Positions 1 to 10,019 are shown, counted from the stretch's first letter. The stretch is DNA of 64,000 nt from TPA_inf: Saccharomyces (GCA_000146045.2 BK006935.2:64001-128000), one strand, 5' to 3'. A program made the numbers and translations. The notes: generated from the sequence alone by a model not told the origin.

Positions 1-1404
1 AGGGTTGATGAATCGCAGCGGTTCATAATTAACAATAAACTGGAATTGCAATCCTTCCTTTATAAACCCGTGCAAAGGCTTTGTAGATATCCCCTGTTGG
101 TCAAAGAATTGCTTGCTGAATCGAGTGACGATAATAATACGAAAGAACTTGAAGCTGCTTTAGATATTTCTAAAAATATTGCGAGAAGTATCAACGAAAA
201 TCAAAGAAGAACAGAAAATCATCAAGTGGTGAAGAAACTTTATGGTAGAGTGGTCAACTGGAAGGGTTATAGAATTTCCAAGTTCGGTGAGTTATTATAT
301 TTCGATAAAGTGTTCATTTCAACAACAAATAGCTCCTCGGAACCTGAAAGAGAATTTGAGGTTTATCTTTTTGAAAAAATCATCATCCTTTTTTCAGAGG
401 TAGTGACTAAGAAATCTGCATCATCACTAATCCTTAAGAAGAAATCCTCAACCTCAGCATCAATCTCCGCCTCGAACATAACGGACAACAATGGCAGCCC
501 TCACCACAGTTACCATAAGAGGCATAGCAATAGTAGTAGCAGTAATAATATCCATTTATCTTCGTCTTCAGCAGCGGCGATAATACATTCCAGTACCAAT
601 AGTAGTGACAACAATTCCAACAATTCATCATCATCCTCATTATTCAAGCTGTCCGCTAACGAACCTAAGCTGGATCTAAGAGGTCGAATTATGATAATGA
701 ATCTGAATCAAATCATACCGCAAAACAACCGGTCATTAAATATAACATGGGAATCCATAAAAGAGCAAGGTAATTTCCTTTTGAAATTCAAAAATGAGGA
801 AACAAGAGATAATTGGTCATCGTGTTTACAACAGTTGATTCATGATCTGAAAAATGAGCAGTTTAAGGCAAGACATCACTCTTCAACATCGACGACTTCA
901 TCGACAGCCAAATCATCTTCAATGATGTCACCCACCACAACTATGAATACACCGAATCATCACAACAGCCGCCAGACACACGATAGTATGGCTTCTTTCT
1001 CAAGTTCTCATATGAAAAGGGTTTCGGATGTCCTGCCTAAACGGAGGACCACTTCATCAAGTTTCGAAAGTGAAATTAAATCCATTTCAGAAAATTTCAA
1101 GAACTCTATTCCAGAATCTTCCATACTCTTCAGGATATCATATAATAACAACTCTAATAATACCTCTAGTAGCGAGATCTTCACACTTTTGGTAGAAAAA
1201 GTTTGGAATTTTGACGACTTGATAATGGCGATCAATTCTAAAATTTCGAATACACATAATAACAACATTTCACCAATCACCAAGATCAAATATCAGGACG
1301 AAGATGGGGATTTTGTTGTGTTAGGTAGCGATGAAGATTGGAATGTTGCTAAAGAAATGTTGGCGGAAAACAATGAGAAATTCTTGAACATTCGTCTGTA
1401 TTGA
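1..1404 (+). CDS. CDC24: CDC24, C-terminal 467 codons (Cdc42 GEF: end of the DH domain, then the PH and PB1 regions). The 5' end lies upstream of the window. Frame 1 is open from nt 1 and the stop is at 1402-1404.
   Basis: ORF track 46..1404. Its first 'M' is a TTG, and the frame is open back to nt 1. The translation RLCRYPLLVKELLAES is the Cdc24 DH domain. Synteny with CLN3 and CYC3 downstream. Confidence 0.9.
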   Translation, partial: RVDESQRFIINNKLELQSFLYKPVQRLCRYPLLVKELLAESSDDNNTKELEAALDISKNIARSINENQRRTENHQVVKKLYGRVVNWKGYRISKFGELLYFDKVFISTTNSSSEPEREFEVYLFEKIIILFSEVVTKKSASSLILKKKSSTSASISASNITDNNGSPHHSYHKRHSNSSSSNNIHLSSSSAAAIIHSSTNSSDNNSNNSSSSSLFKLSANEPKLDLRGRIMIMNLNQIIPQNNRSLNITWESIKEQGNFLLKFKNEETRDNWSSCLQQLIHDLKNEQFKARHHSSTSTTSSTAKSSSMMSPTTTMNTPNHHNSRQTHDSMASFSSSHMKRVSDVLPKRRTTSSSFESEIKSISENFKNSIPESSILFRISYNNNSNNTSSSEIFTLLVEKVWNFDDLIMAINSKISNTHNNNISPITKIKYQDEDGDFVVLGSDEDWNVAKEMLAENNEKFLNIRLY

Positions 1405-1777
1405 TAAATAAAACTAGTATACAGCAAATACTAAATAATTCAAGAAAAAAACATTAGATAGAGAGGGGCAGATGTTCAAGCTATACCCATTATATTGATC
1501 CACACTTAGTATTAAGATACGTCTGTGAAGGATGAAAAAAAATGTATAATGTGACTAGAGGAAGTAAGGAGAAAAAACGATAGTAATCGTATTTTAGGTT
1601 GTGCGTTTTTATAATTTTTTTTTTTTTGTAATTCTATGCAAATGTAATATAAGTATATTTAAAGAAATAATGAGTCCTGTGAAAACAAAAAGAAAAAAAG
1701 ATCATTAATGTATGTTAACGTATTTGCTTTGCAAATTTTAATTTATTTGTTGTTAAATGCATTTTTTTTTTGTCGTT

Positions 1778-3520
1778 TCAGCGAGTTTTCTTGAGGTTGC
1801 TACTATCATTAAAATCACAATCCACAGAGGAAGTTGATCTCTTTTTCAGTTGGGTGGGGGCAGAGCATGGGTGAGCAGTGGCCATGGGTCTAACAGGAAA
1901 TAATCTTTTTGAACGCACAGATAAATTTTGTAATAATTTTCTATTTGACATTAGAGATGGGGTGGTGGGAGTTAGTGGGCTTGGCCAAAAGATGCTTGAA
2001 TTTTGTGGGATGCTCAGTGACCTTTTAAAAGAATTTTGGGTAGAAGAGAACGAACCTGAATGTGAATGGTGTGATGCAGAGTCTGGGGTCGTCATTGAAC
2101 TTGAAGTCTTGTAAGGGGAATTGAATGGAGATGGAGAGGATGAAGATGAGGTTGGAGTGAAGGCAAATGGTGGAGAAATGCTATCTTTGGTCAACCTTCT
2201 TAAATGAGTGTGATCCGAGAAATAGTCTGTGGCCGCAGATGAAACCGTAGCGCTCTTTGGAGTAGTAGCATTTGAGTAAACACAAGTCAATGAATCGCTG
2301 TCAAAGGACTGAGCAAAGATAGTATTGTACATGGTTTCCAATTCTTGTGAACGGTAGAATTCTTCCAGTTTCAATTGAATACAATAGTTTTGTAATGCGT
2401 CTAAGAGAGATTTTGCTAAAGATGTCTTATTGCTATTCAAATATTTTGATTTGAAACTGGAGGGGAAAGAATTTTGGTCCATTGCTATATCCAATAAAGT
2501 ATTAGAGATTTCTGACAATTTAATATCTAGGTCTTGGCAGTTTTCCTCCAAAGCCAGATTGATATTTTCCCAAAGGTTTGAATTATAGTAGTTCAAAGAT
2601 AATTTGATGAGGTTAATTGCACCCAGCGCAATTAGTGAACGATCATATTTAAATGATAATTCGAGATTGAAGGAAGCTAACTCGCACAACATAATGGCAC
2701 CCAATTTGATCTCGTTGATGTTCAAAGAGGGGCCTTGAGAAGAGGACGATTTATTAATAGCAGTACCAGCAGCGTTATTTAATAAGGCCAGTTTCTGTTG
2801 AATGAAAGCTTCCAAAGGGGCAGAAAGGACAACGCCAGGCGATAACGGGGACGTAGATTGGAACAAGAAGATGTCGATGTAGGAGTCGAATGTTGCCGAC
2901 TGACAGATGGACCAATCGAGTGATTTGAAAAGATGCATTTCCATAGTCGTGAATTGCTTTATAGAATATTGATTGCAACACAAGTTTTGCAAGACTTTCA
3001 AAGTGGCCATTCTATTCTTGGAGTCCCAAAATTTGGACGAAATCCAAAGCGCGGTCAAGGACAAGAGCTGGTAGTTGTAACTCTTGATAATGAACCGCGA
3101 GGAATACTTGTCCAAGATAGTGAAAGTAAGGAACAAAGTCGAGGTCGATAGATTGAGTCTTGTGTGACAGTACATGATGAAGTCAAAGATCAAGAAACGC
3201 ATCTTCGGATTAACTTGTGGCTGAGAGTTGAAGTTAGTCAGGTTGTACAGCGGCCTTTCTGTGTGGGAAAGACGGAAATAGTGGTCCAATTGATCATTAT
3301 TGTATTCGCTGATCGCTGAGTGATGTGCTTGCAATTCTCTTTTAACGAGATTAGGGTTTTTAGACTTTGCACTAGCAATGGCCCGCCTCTTTTGCAAGAG
3401 CAAGGGCAAATTAGGACATGAGGCAGCGCTGACAGAGGCGGCAGTGGCGGTGGAAGTGCCACTAGCGGTAGCATACCTTGCATTAGCGTATCTAATTATG
3501 GTATCCTTCAATATGGCCAT
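1778..3520 (-). CDS. CLN3: G1 cyclin Cln3, 580 aa
   Basis: ORF track 580 aa. Cyclin box (MRFLIFDFIMYCHTRL...). C-terminal PEST-rich tail. ATG checked at 3518-3520 on the minus strand. Confidence 0.95.
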   Translation of the reverse strand: MAILKDTIIRYANARYATASGTSTATAASVSAASCPNLPLLLQKRRAIASAKSKNPNLVKRELQAHHSAISEYNNDQLDHYFRLSHTERPLYNLTNFNSQPQVNPKMRFLIFDFIMYCHTRLNLSTSTLFLTFTILDKYSSRFIIKSYNYQLLSLTALWISSKFWDSKNRMATLKVLQNLCCNQYSIKQFTTMEMHLFKSLDWSICQSATFDSYIDIFLFQSTSPLSPGVVLSAPLEAFIQQKLALLNNAAGTAINKSSSSQGPSLNINEIKLGAIMLCELASFNLELSFKYDRSLIALGAINLIKLSLNYYNSNLWENINLALEENCQDLDIKLSEISNTLLDIAMDQNSFPSSFKSKYLNSNKTSLAKSLLDALQNYCIQLKLEEFYRSQELETMYNTIFAQSFDSDSLTCVYSNATTPKSATVSSAATDYFSDHTHLRRLTKDSISPPFAFTPTSSSSSPSPFNSPYKTSSSMTTPDSASHHSHSGSFSSTQNSFKRSLSIPQNSSIFWPSPLTPTTPSLMSNRKLLQNLSVRSKRLFPVRPMATAHPCSAPTQLKKRSTSSVDCDFNDSSNLKKTR

Positions 3521-3823
3521 CGTACAGAAAGCGTATCAAATCAGTGTCTTGAACGAGAGTAAAAGGGAGATGCAATGGAATGTAAGAAATGCTATGGGTC
3601 AGAAAAGAAATGCAGAGGAGTTAAACCGAATGAGGAAATGCAATGGATACGTTAAATTGGAGATGTGAGATTGCGACTGGGACTCGGATGGATGCTTGCT
3701 TTTGGATGCTAGTACAGAGAAAAAAGAGGGAGAAAAGAAAAGAGAAATAGAAAAAGGTTGGTTTAAGTCGGCAGAGGAGACTACTCGGGCAATTCGTTTC
3801 CTAATGGGTATAGTCCTCTTTCC

Positions 3824-3835
3824 TCAGAAATCCAT
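3824..3835 (-). promoter_or_regulatory. CLN3: CLN3 5'-leader uORF (ATG GAT TTC TGA). The uATG is exactly 315 nt upstream of the CLN3 ATG.
   Basis: The reverse complement of 3824-3835 reads atggatttctga. This matches the documented translational-control uORF at -315 of CLN3. Confidence 0.7.
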
Positions 3836-4187
3836 TTGACTGGCAGACTCAGTAGTAGAAGAAAAAATCAAGAAAGAAATTGTGTGAAAGTATACTACAC
3901 AAGAAAATGTTTAAGAAGAAGATTAAAAGCTCGAGGAAAGTACAGATATACAAATTATAAATAGGTAGGAGGAAGAAAAAAAAAAGATGAGGGCAAAAAC
4001 CCAAGGCCAAATATGGAAATGTGGCAGAGGGACACACTAATCCGATAGTAAATTTATGTAACTTGATCATTACAGTGAGAGCAGGCTTGGTAATTTCTTT
4101 TTCTTGCCTGATAATTTTTCACTTTTTCTTTTTTTTTTTCTTGAAAGTTCACAATTTAGGGTTTGAGCACAGCGTTTGGTTGCGACA

Positions 4188-4203
4188 CTTCCCCAGAAGG
4201 AAA
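4188..4203. promoter_or_regulatory. Mcm1/ECB-like element CTTCCCCAGAAGGAAA, about -670 from CLN3
   Basis: Fits the early-cell-cycle-box pattern TTtCCcnnnnaGGAAA with a CC(N6)GG core. CLN3 is a known ECB/Mcm1-regulated M/G1 gene. Confidence 0.35.
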
Positions 4204-4461
4204 ACCGGCCTCTTTGGCTGGGGAGGGAAGAAGGGGGAGGAGAGCTCAGAAAGCCCTATCGCGATATGAGGGACCGATCTGTATCAGCATACTTTCGGTA
4301 TCATCACGGTCGCAGGATAGAGATAGTGAATGAGTTAGCTGTTTTACAGGCCAAGCGTTCAAACGAGACGAATGGCGACATTTGCCCGTCAAGAAAACCC
4401 GCCGAGTTTTTTCCTAAACGGGTAAAACAGCCATGCACCGCAGCACGTCGACGAGGTGATA

Positions 4462-4477
4462 TTTCCAATTTGGGAAA
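4462..4477. promoter_or_regulatory. Mcm1/ECB-like palindromic element TTTCCAATTTGGGAAA followed by TTTCCCAAAT, about -950 from CLN3
   Basis: CC-AATTTG-GG core flanked by TTTCC/GGAAA arms. Near-perfect ECB consensus. The adjacent inverted GGGAAATTTCCC sits alongside it. Confidence 0.45.
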
Positions 4478-4715
4478 TTTCCCAAATCAGTAATGTAGCC
4501 TCTACGGGTGTCTCTGTCAGCCCCGTGGTCGCCAGCACAGAATGTATCGTACCCCTGAAGGTAGTTTTTTACCGCCGTGGCACACGATAAAGGTGCACCT
4601 TGTGATAATAAGGTGGAAAAATATATATGAAAAAGTGAAATTGATTGTGGCTGCACTAGGACATCATTATTTCTTACTTGGCTATTTACACGTACTTACG
4701 CTGGCTGTATATCAT

Positions 4716-5525
4716 TTAAGGGGCGGAGGACGAAGAGGACGGACCCGAGATCATCCGGTCCAAGAAACGGGTCATCCGGTCCTTAGCATTGTCTAGACTA
4801 TCTAGGGCAGGACGGACATCCACGTGGAAAGTAGGCATTCCGTTTTCGTCGTCGGGCCCTCCGTAGAAATCCAAGACGTATCTAACTTCCTTGAAGGTTG
4901 GAGGTTGTTGTTCCGCTTTGCGCTCGCCTCGGAGTACAATCCAGTCGTGCCTGTCGAATGGTAGTTCTTGGCTAAAATGGGACGGAAACAGTAGGCCGCA
5001 CAGGTGCATCCAGCGAGCACGAGGGCTCAATACGCCCGGTTTCCCCATGAATTTCAGCAACTTAGGCTGCACGTGGCTTTCATCTGTGTGCGGTTTTTCC
5101 CATTCGAGCACTTCCTGCCAGCACCCTTCATTTAGAAAGTTGTGGACCTGCACCATGGACTCCACTGCATCTTCGGCGACTTCGCCGCTACCGCCAATCT
5201 TGCCCTTTCTAACCATAGCATTGTACATCTGTTGTGGAGAAGGATACTCCCAGAACTCGTTACTGTCTGGACTCTTGGGGATGCTGGAGATGGTCCGATC
5301 AACGGGCAAGTCCATCTTTTGGCCAGGCTGTTTGGATGCTGCCAACTCCGGCATATTGTTCAGCGGGTTTATTCTATCGTTATCTCCCTGCATAACGGGG
5401 CACTCAGAGGATGGTGGCGACGACGACGACGACTCGTGCATGACTGGGCACCCTGACATGGATGATACTGCTGCCCCACCAATATCTTTGCCCGTAGTTT
5501 TTTGATCTGCCCAAAACCAACCCAT
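4716..5525 (-). CDS. CYC3: Cytochrome c heme lyase (holocytochrome c synthase), 269 aa
   Basis: ORF track 269 aa. Two CPV heme-regulatory motifs near the N-terminus (GCPVMHE, ECPVMQ). ATG checked at 5523-5525 on the minus strand. Confidence 0.93.
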   Translation of the reverse strand: MGWFWADQKTTGKDIGGAAVSSMSGCPVMHESSSSSPPSSECPVMQGDNDRINPLNNMPELAASKQPGQKMDLPVDRTISSIPKSPDSNEFWEYPSPQQMYNAMVRKGKIGGSGEVAEDAVESMVQVHNFLNEGCWQEVLEWEKPHTDESHVQPKLLKFMGKPGVLSPRARWMHLCGLLFPSHFSQELPFDRHDWIVLRGERKAEQQPPTFKEVRYVLDFYGGPDDENGMPTFHVDVRPALDSLDNAKDRMTRFLDRMISGPSSSSSAP

Positions 5526-6418
5526 TTTTTGTAGTTTCTGTTGTATTTGCTCTGCTTTATTCGTGCTACTCGTATGTGTATGCTATCTTATTAGCTGCCT
5601 ATTTCATTTCTCTTAGTATTCGCATTTAAAGCTGAGAAATTTTTTGATAATCATTTCCCGATGAAAAGAAAAAAGGGAAAAAGTCGATAAAAAGAGGTAA
5701 GCGAAAAGAAAAAGAAAAAATAGAAAATTTGGGTGGGGGGGGCGGAAGATCCCACGCCGCGCAAGAGATATTTCAATATTACTACTACATAGTATATGCG
5801 GCGCTACCATACGTACAACTTTTTTTTCTTTTTTTTTTTTTTTGCCTTCTAAATTTGTAATTCGGTCACACTTTTGTCGCAGTGTTGCAAACGTCTTGAA
5901 AGAATTGTAGGTGTTGTAAACCACAACTTGCTCCCTTGAAAGCGTTGCTGATTATTTCCTTTGAACCTGTTGCATTGTTGTATTGTTGTATTGCTGCTGA
6001 TGTTTTAGGCACTTAGTATTAGATATTCCTAAGCCTCCCTCACCATAAATTACCTTTATTACTTGCATGACTATTATTAGCAGAGCATGTAGTATGGGAC
6101 TCAAGACCGATATGATACACACCAAAGACGTAGGCACCGGCGATTAAATCAAAGGCTCCGATAGCCGAAAAGTGAGAAGAAAAAAAAAGGAAAAAAAGGA
6201 ATTGTCCTAATGAGCGGTGTGGCCGACTTGCCATAATATCAGTTAGGGCTACTATCAATGTTTTATCTACGTTGGAGTAAGATCGTTTATCACTTCCATA
6301 TTTGGACCAAATGAAAAGTTCAATCGGCCAAGTATTTCATGGATGGAATGACGTTTGGTAAGGAAGTGCTTTTTCTTTTTCCACATATTTTCCCTTTCTC
6401 TCGGGGAAATTTTGTTTC

Positions 6419-6429
6419 TAAACATAAAA
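6419..6429 (-). other. Perfect ARS consensus sequence TTTTATGTTTA (WTTTAYRTTTW) in the 2.26-kb CYC3-CDC19 intergenic region. Candidate ARS105 core.
   Basis: The reverse complement of 6419-6429 is TTTTATGTTTA, 11/11. The extended context ATTTTTTATGTTTAGAA is A/T-rich. The location matches where I recall ARS105. Confidence 0.45.
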
Positions 6430-6906
6430 AATAAAGCAACAGCAAAAAAGAGGGTCTGTCCAGCGAATAAGAAGAAAACCTCCTTTTCGGCTTTTGAAGA
6501 TAGGTTGCAGTTGTCTGCGGGCACAAAATGGGCAATTTTTTTAATACTTTTTACGTATGAGACAAGATTTTTTTCGCCAATTATATCGCATGAAGAATAA
6601 CCAGAGTTTTTCTCCGAACGTTAAGGGAGTTGAAGTAAAAATAAAGAAAGGACCAAATGAGAATGGGTATGCTTGGTCTTAGTCTTCGAATCAAATTCTG
6701 CTTCCCTGTTCATGGCAACGTCACCTCAATTATTTGGAAAGGGGGGGTTTTCCGACTTTATTTGAGATGACTTGAGATGTGTGTCAATGCTAGTATTTTG
6801 GAGATTAATCTCAGTACAAAACAATATTAAAAAGAGGTGAATTATTTTTCCCCCCTTATTTTTTTTTTGTTAGAATTGATCCAAATGTAAATAAACAATC
6901 ACAAGG

Positions 6907-6928
6907 AAAAAAAAAAAAAAAAAAAAAA
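6907..6928 (+). repeat. poly(dA) tract A22 in the CDC19 far-upstream region
   Basis: Direct count of 22 consecutive A's. Such tracts are nucleosome-excluding. Confidence 0.9.
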
Positions 6929-7131
6929 TAGCCGCCATGACCCCGGATCGTCGGTTGTGATACGGTCAGGGTAGCGCCCTGGTCAAACTTCAGAACTAAA
7001 AAAATAATAAGGAAGAAAAAAATAGCTAATTTTTCCGGCAGAAAGATTTTCGCTACCCGAAAGTTTTTCCGGCAAGCTAAATGGAAAAAGGAAAGATTAT
7101 TGAAAGAGAAAGAAAGAAAAAAAAAAAATGT

Positions 7132-7152
7132 ACACCCAGACATCGGGCTTCC
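7132..7152 (+). promoter_or_regulatory. CDC19/PYK1 UAS: Rap1 site ACACCCAGACATC followed by the Gcr1 CT-box GGCTTCCA, about -650
   Basis: 12/13 match to the Rap1 consensus ACACCCRYACAYM, with CTTCC 4 nt downstream. This is the classic glycolytic-gene UAS architecture at the known PYK1 UAS1 distance. Confidence 0.6.
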
Positions 7153-7586
7153 ACAATTTCGGCTCTATTGTTTTCCATCTCTCGCAACGGCGGGATTCCT
7201 CTATGGCGTGTGATGTCTGTATCTGTTACTTAATCCAGAAACTGGCACTTGACCCAACTCTGCCACGTGGGTCGTTTTGCCATCGACAGATTGGGAGATT
7301 TTCATAGTAGAATTCAGCATGATAGCTACGTAAATGTGTTCCGCACCGTCACAAAGTGTTTTCTACTGTTCTTTCTTCTTTCGTTCATTCAGTTGAGTTG
7401 AGTGAGTGCTTTGTTCAATGGATCTTAGCTAAAATGCATATTTTTTCTCTTGGTAAATGAATGCTTGTGATGTCTTCCAAGTGATTTCCTTTCCTTCCCA
7501 TATGATGCTAGGTACCTTTAGTGTCTTCCTAAAAAAAAAAAAAGGCTCGCCATCAAAACGATATTCGTTGGCTTTTTTTTCTGAAT

Positions 7587-7594
7587 TATAAATA
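7587..7594 (+). promoter_or_regulatory. TATAAATA box about 195 nt upstream of the CDC19 ATG
   Basis: Consensus TATAAA(T)A. Its position is compatible with a long, highly expressed 5' leader region. Confidence 0.4.
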
Positions 7595-7785
7595 CTCTTT
7601 GGTAACTTTTCATTTCCAAGAACCTCTTTTTTCCAGTTATATCATGGTCCCCTTTCAAAGTTATTCTCTACTCTTTTTCATATTCATTCTTTTTCATCCT
7701 TTGGTTTTTTATTCTTAACTTGTTTATTATTCTCTCTTGTTTCTATTTACAAGACACCAATCAAAACAAATAAAACATCATCACA

Positions 7786-9288
7786 ATGTCTAGATTAGAA
7801 AGATTGACCTCATTAAACGTTGTTGCTGGTTCTGACTTGAGAAGAACCTCCATCATTGGTACCATCGGTCCAAAGACCAACAACCCAGAAACCTTGGTTG
7901 CTTTGAGAAAGGCTGGTTTGAACATTGTCCGTATGAACTTCTCTCACGGTTCTTACGAATACCACAAGTCTGTCATTGACAACGCCAGAAAGTCCGAAGA
8001 ATTGTACCCAGGTAGACCATTGGCCATTGCTTTGGACACCAAGGGTCCAGAAATCAGAACTGGTACCACCACCAACGATGTTGACTACCCAATCCCACCA
8101 AACCACGAAATGATCTTCACCACCGATGACAAGTACGCTAAGGCTTGTGACGACAAGATCATGTACGTTGACTACAAGAACATCACCAAGGTCATCTCCG
8201 CTGGTAGAATCATCTACGTTGATGATGGTGTTTTGTCTTTCCAAGTTTTGGAAGTCGTTGACGACAAGACTTTGAAGGTCAAGGCTTTGAACGCCGGTAA
8301 GATCTGTTCCCACAAGGGTGTCAACTTACCAGGTACCGATGTCGATTTGCCAGCTTTGTCTGAAAAGGACAAGGAAGATTTGAGATTCGGTGTCAAGAAC
8401 GGTGTCCACATGGTCTTCGCTTCTTTCATCAGAACCGCCAACGATGTTTTGACCATCAGAGAAGTCTTGGGTGAACAAGGTAAGGACGTCAAGATCATTG
8501 TCAAGATTGAAAACCAACAAGGTGTTAACAACTTCGACGAAATCTTGAAGGTCACTGACGGTGTTATGGTTGCCAGAGGTGACTTGGGTATTGAAATCCC
8601 AGCCCCAGAAGTCTTGGCTGTCCAAAAGAAATTGATTGCTAAGTCTAACTTGGCTGGTAAGCCAGTTATCTGTGCTACCCAAATGTTGGAATCCATGACT
8701 TACAACCCAAGACCAACCAGAGCTGAAGTTTCCGATGTCGGTAACGCTATCTTGGATGGTGCTGACTGTGTTATGTTGTCTGGTGAAACCGCCAAGGGTA
8801 ACTACCCAATCAACGCCGTTACCACTATGGCTGAAACCGCTGTCATTGCTGAACAAGCTATCGCTTACTTGCCAAACTACGATGACATGAGAAACTGTAC
8901 TCCAAAGCCAACCTCCACCACCGAAACCGTCGCTGCCTCCGCTGTCGCTGCTGTTTTCGAACAAAAGGCCAAGGCTATCATTGTCTTGTCCACTTCCGGT
9001 ACCACCCCAAGATTGGTTTCCAAGTACAGACCAAACTGTCCAATCATCTTGGTTACCAGATGCCCAAGAGCTGCTAGATTCTCTCACTTGTACAGAGGTG
9101 TCTTCCCATTCGTTTTCGAAAAGGAACCTGTCTCTGACTGGACTGATGATGTTGAAGCCCGTATCAACTTCGGTATTGAAAAGGCTAAGGAATTCGGTAT
9201 CTTGAAGAAGGGTGACACTTACGTTTCCATCCAAGGTTTCAAGGCCGGTGCTGGTCACTCCAACACTTTGCAAGTCTCTACCGTTTAA
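7786..9288 (+). CDS. CDC19: Pyruvate kinase 1, 500 aa
   Basis: ORF track 500 aa. Unmistakable pyruvate kinase sequence ([35 protein letters not shown]...). Extreme glycolytic codon bias. Confidence 0.98.
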   Translation: MSRLERLTSLNVVAGSDLRRTSIIGTIGPKTNNPETLVALRKAGLNIVRMNFSHGSYEYHKSVIDNARKSEELYPGRPLAIALDTKGPEIRTGTTTNDVDYPIPPNHEMIFTTDDKYAKACDDKIMYVDYKNITKVISAGRIIYVDDGVLSFQVLEVVDDKTLKVKALNAGKICSHKGVNLPGTDVDLPALSEKDKEDLRFGVKNGVHMVFASFIRTANDVLTIREVLGEQGKDVKIIVKIENQQGVNNFDEILKVTDGVMVARGDLGIEIPAPEVLAVQKKLIAKSNLAGKPVICATQMLESMTYNPRPTRAEVSDVGNAILDGADCVMLSGETAKGNYPINAVTTMAETAVIAEQAIAYLPNYDDMRNCTPKPTSTTETVAASAVAAVFEQKAKAIIVLSTSGTTPRLVSKYRPNCPIILVTRCPRAARFSHLYRGVFPFVFEKEPVSDWTDDVEARINFGIEKAKEFGILKKGDTYVSIQGFKAGAGHSNTLQVSTV

Positions 9289-9345
9289 AAAAAGAATCAT
9301 GATTGAATGAAGATATTATTTTTTTGAATTATATTTTTTAAATTT

Positions 9346-9353
9346 TATATAAA
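9346..9353 (+). terminator. TATATAAA 3'-end efficiency-element candidate, 58 nt after the CDC19 stop
   Basis: TATATA-class element in an AT-rich 3' flank. Typical yeast polyadenylation signal context. Confidence 0.3.
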
Positions 9354-9425
9354 GACATGGTTTTTCTTTTCAACTCAAATAAAGATTTATAAGTTACTTA
9401 AATAACATACATTTTATAAGGTATT

Positions 9426-9518
9426 CTATAAAAAGAGTATTATGTTATTGTTAACCTTTTTGTCTCCAATTGTCGTCATAACGATGAGGTGTTGCATTTT
9501 TGGAAACGAGATTGACAT
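9426..9518 (-). CDS. 30-aa small ORF (MSISFPKMQHLIVMTTIGDKKVNNNIILFL*). Corresponds to what I recall as YAL037C-A.
   Basis: Translated by hand from the reverse complement. Below the ORF-track length cut-off. Its position matches my memory of SGD YAL037C-A. Confidence 0.3.
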   Translation of the reverse strand: MSISFPKMQHLIVMTTIGDKKVNNNIILFL

Positions 9519-10019
9519 AGAGTCAAAATTTGCTAAATTTGATCCCTCCCATCGCAAGATAATCTTCCCTCAAGGTTATCATGATTATCAGGATGGCGAA
9601 AGGATACGCTAAAAATTCAATAAAAAATTCAATATAATTTTCGTTTCCCAAGAACTAACTTGGAAGGTTATACATGGGTACATAAATGCAGATGCCAGTG
9701 AACTATGTTCAGCTTCTGGCCTTCGTTTGGTGGTTTAATCTATTTTTTATAAAAAATGACGCGGGCAGATTCAATTAGTGTCCTAAATTTATTCGCGTTT
9801 CAAGATTTCAAAGGATTGATCCTCTTATCAGAAACGATAAGTGCTACTCCGTCCTATTCTTCTAGCCATCTAGTACGTATTCTTTTCATAACATAATCCC
9901 TTATTTACAGAATGTGTTTCGAAGAAAAATTAATTAGATGGGAAGAAAACTGAAGTGGCTTATATAATCAGTGACATAGTGCCAATAATTACGCAAAAAG
10001 CAAAGGAAATAACACTGCT

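Noticed and set aside
4891-5505. 204-aa plus-strand ORF antisense to CYC3
   Set aside because: Antisense to a well-supported gene. Cys- and Ser-rich nonsense.
5613-7143. Small ORFs (61-103 aa) in the CYC3-CDC19 intergenic region
   Set aside because: They encode poly-K, poly-F and low-complexity peptides from A/T tracts. No codon bias. Most likely promoter or ARS DNA.
8326-9300. 324-aa antisense ORF, plus 160-aa and 166-aa antisense ORFs, inside CDC19
   Set aside because: An artefact of CDC19 codon bias, which leaves the antisense frames stop-free. The products are low-complexity (G/S/V/D/T-rich). This corresponds to a known dubious ORF.
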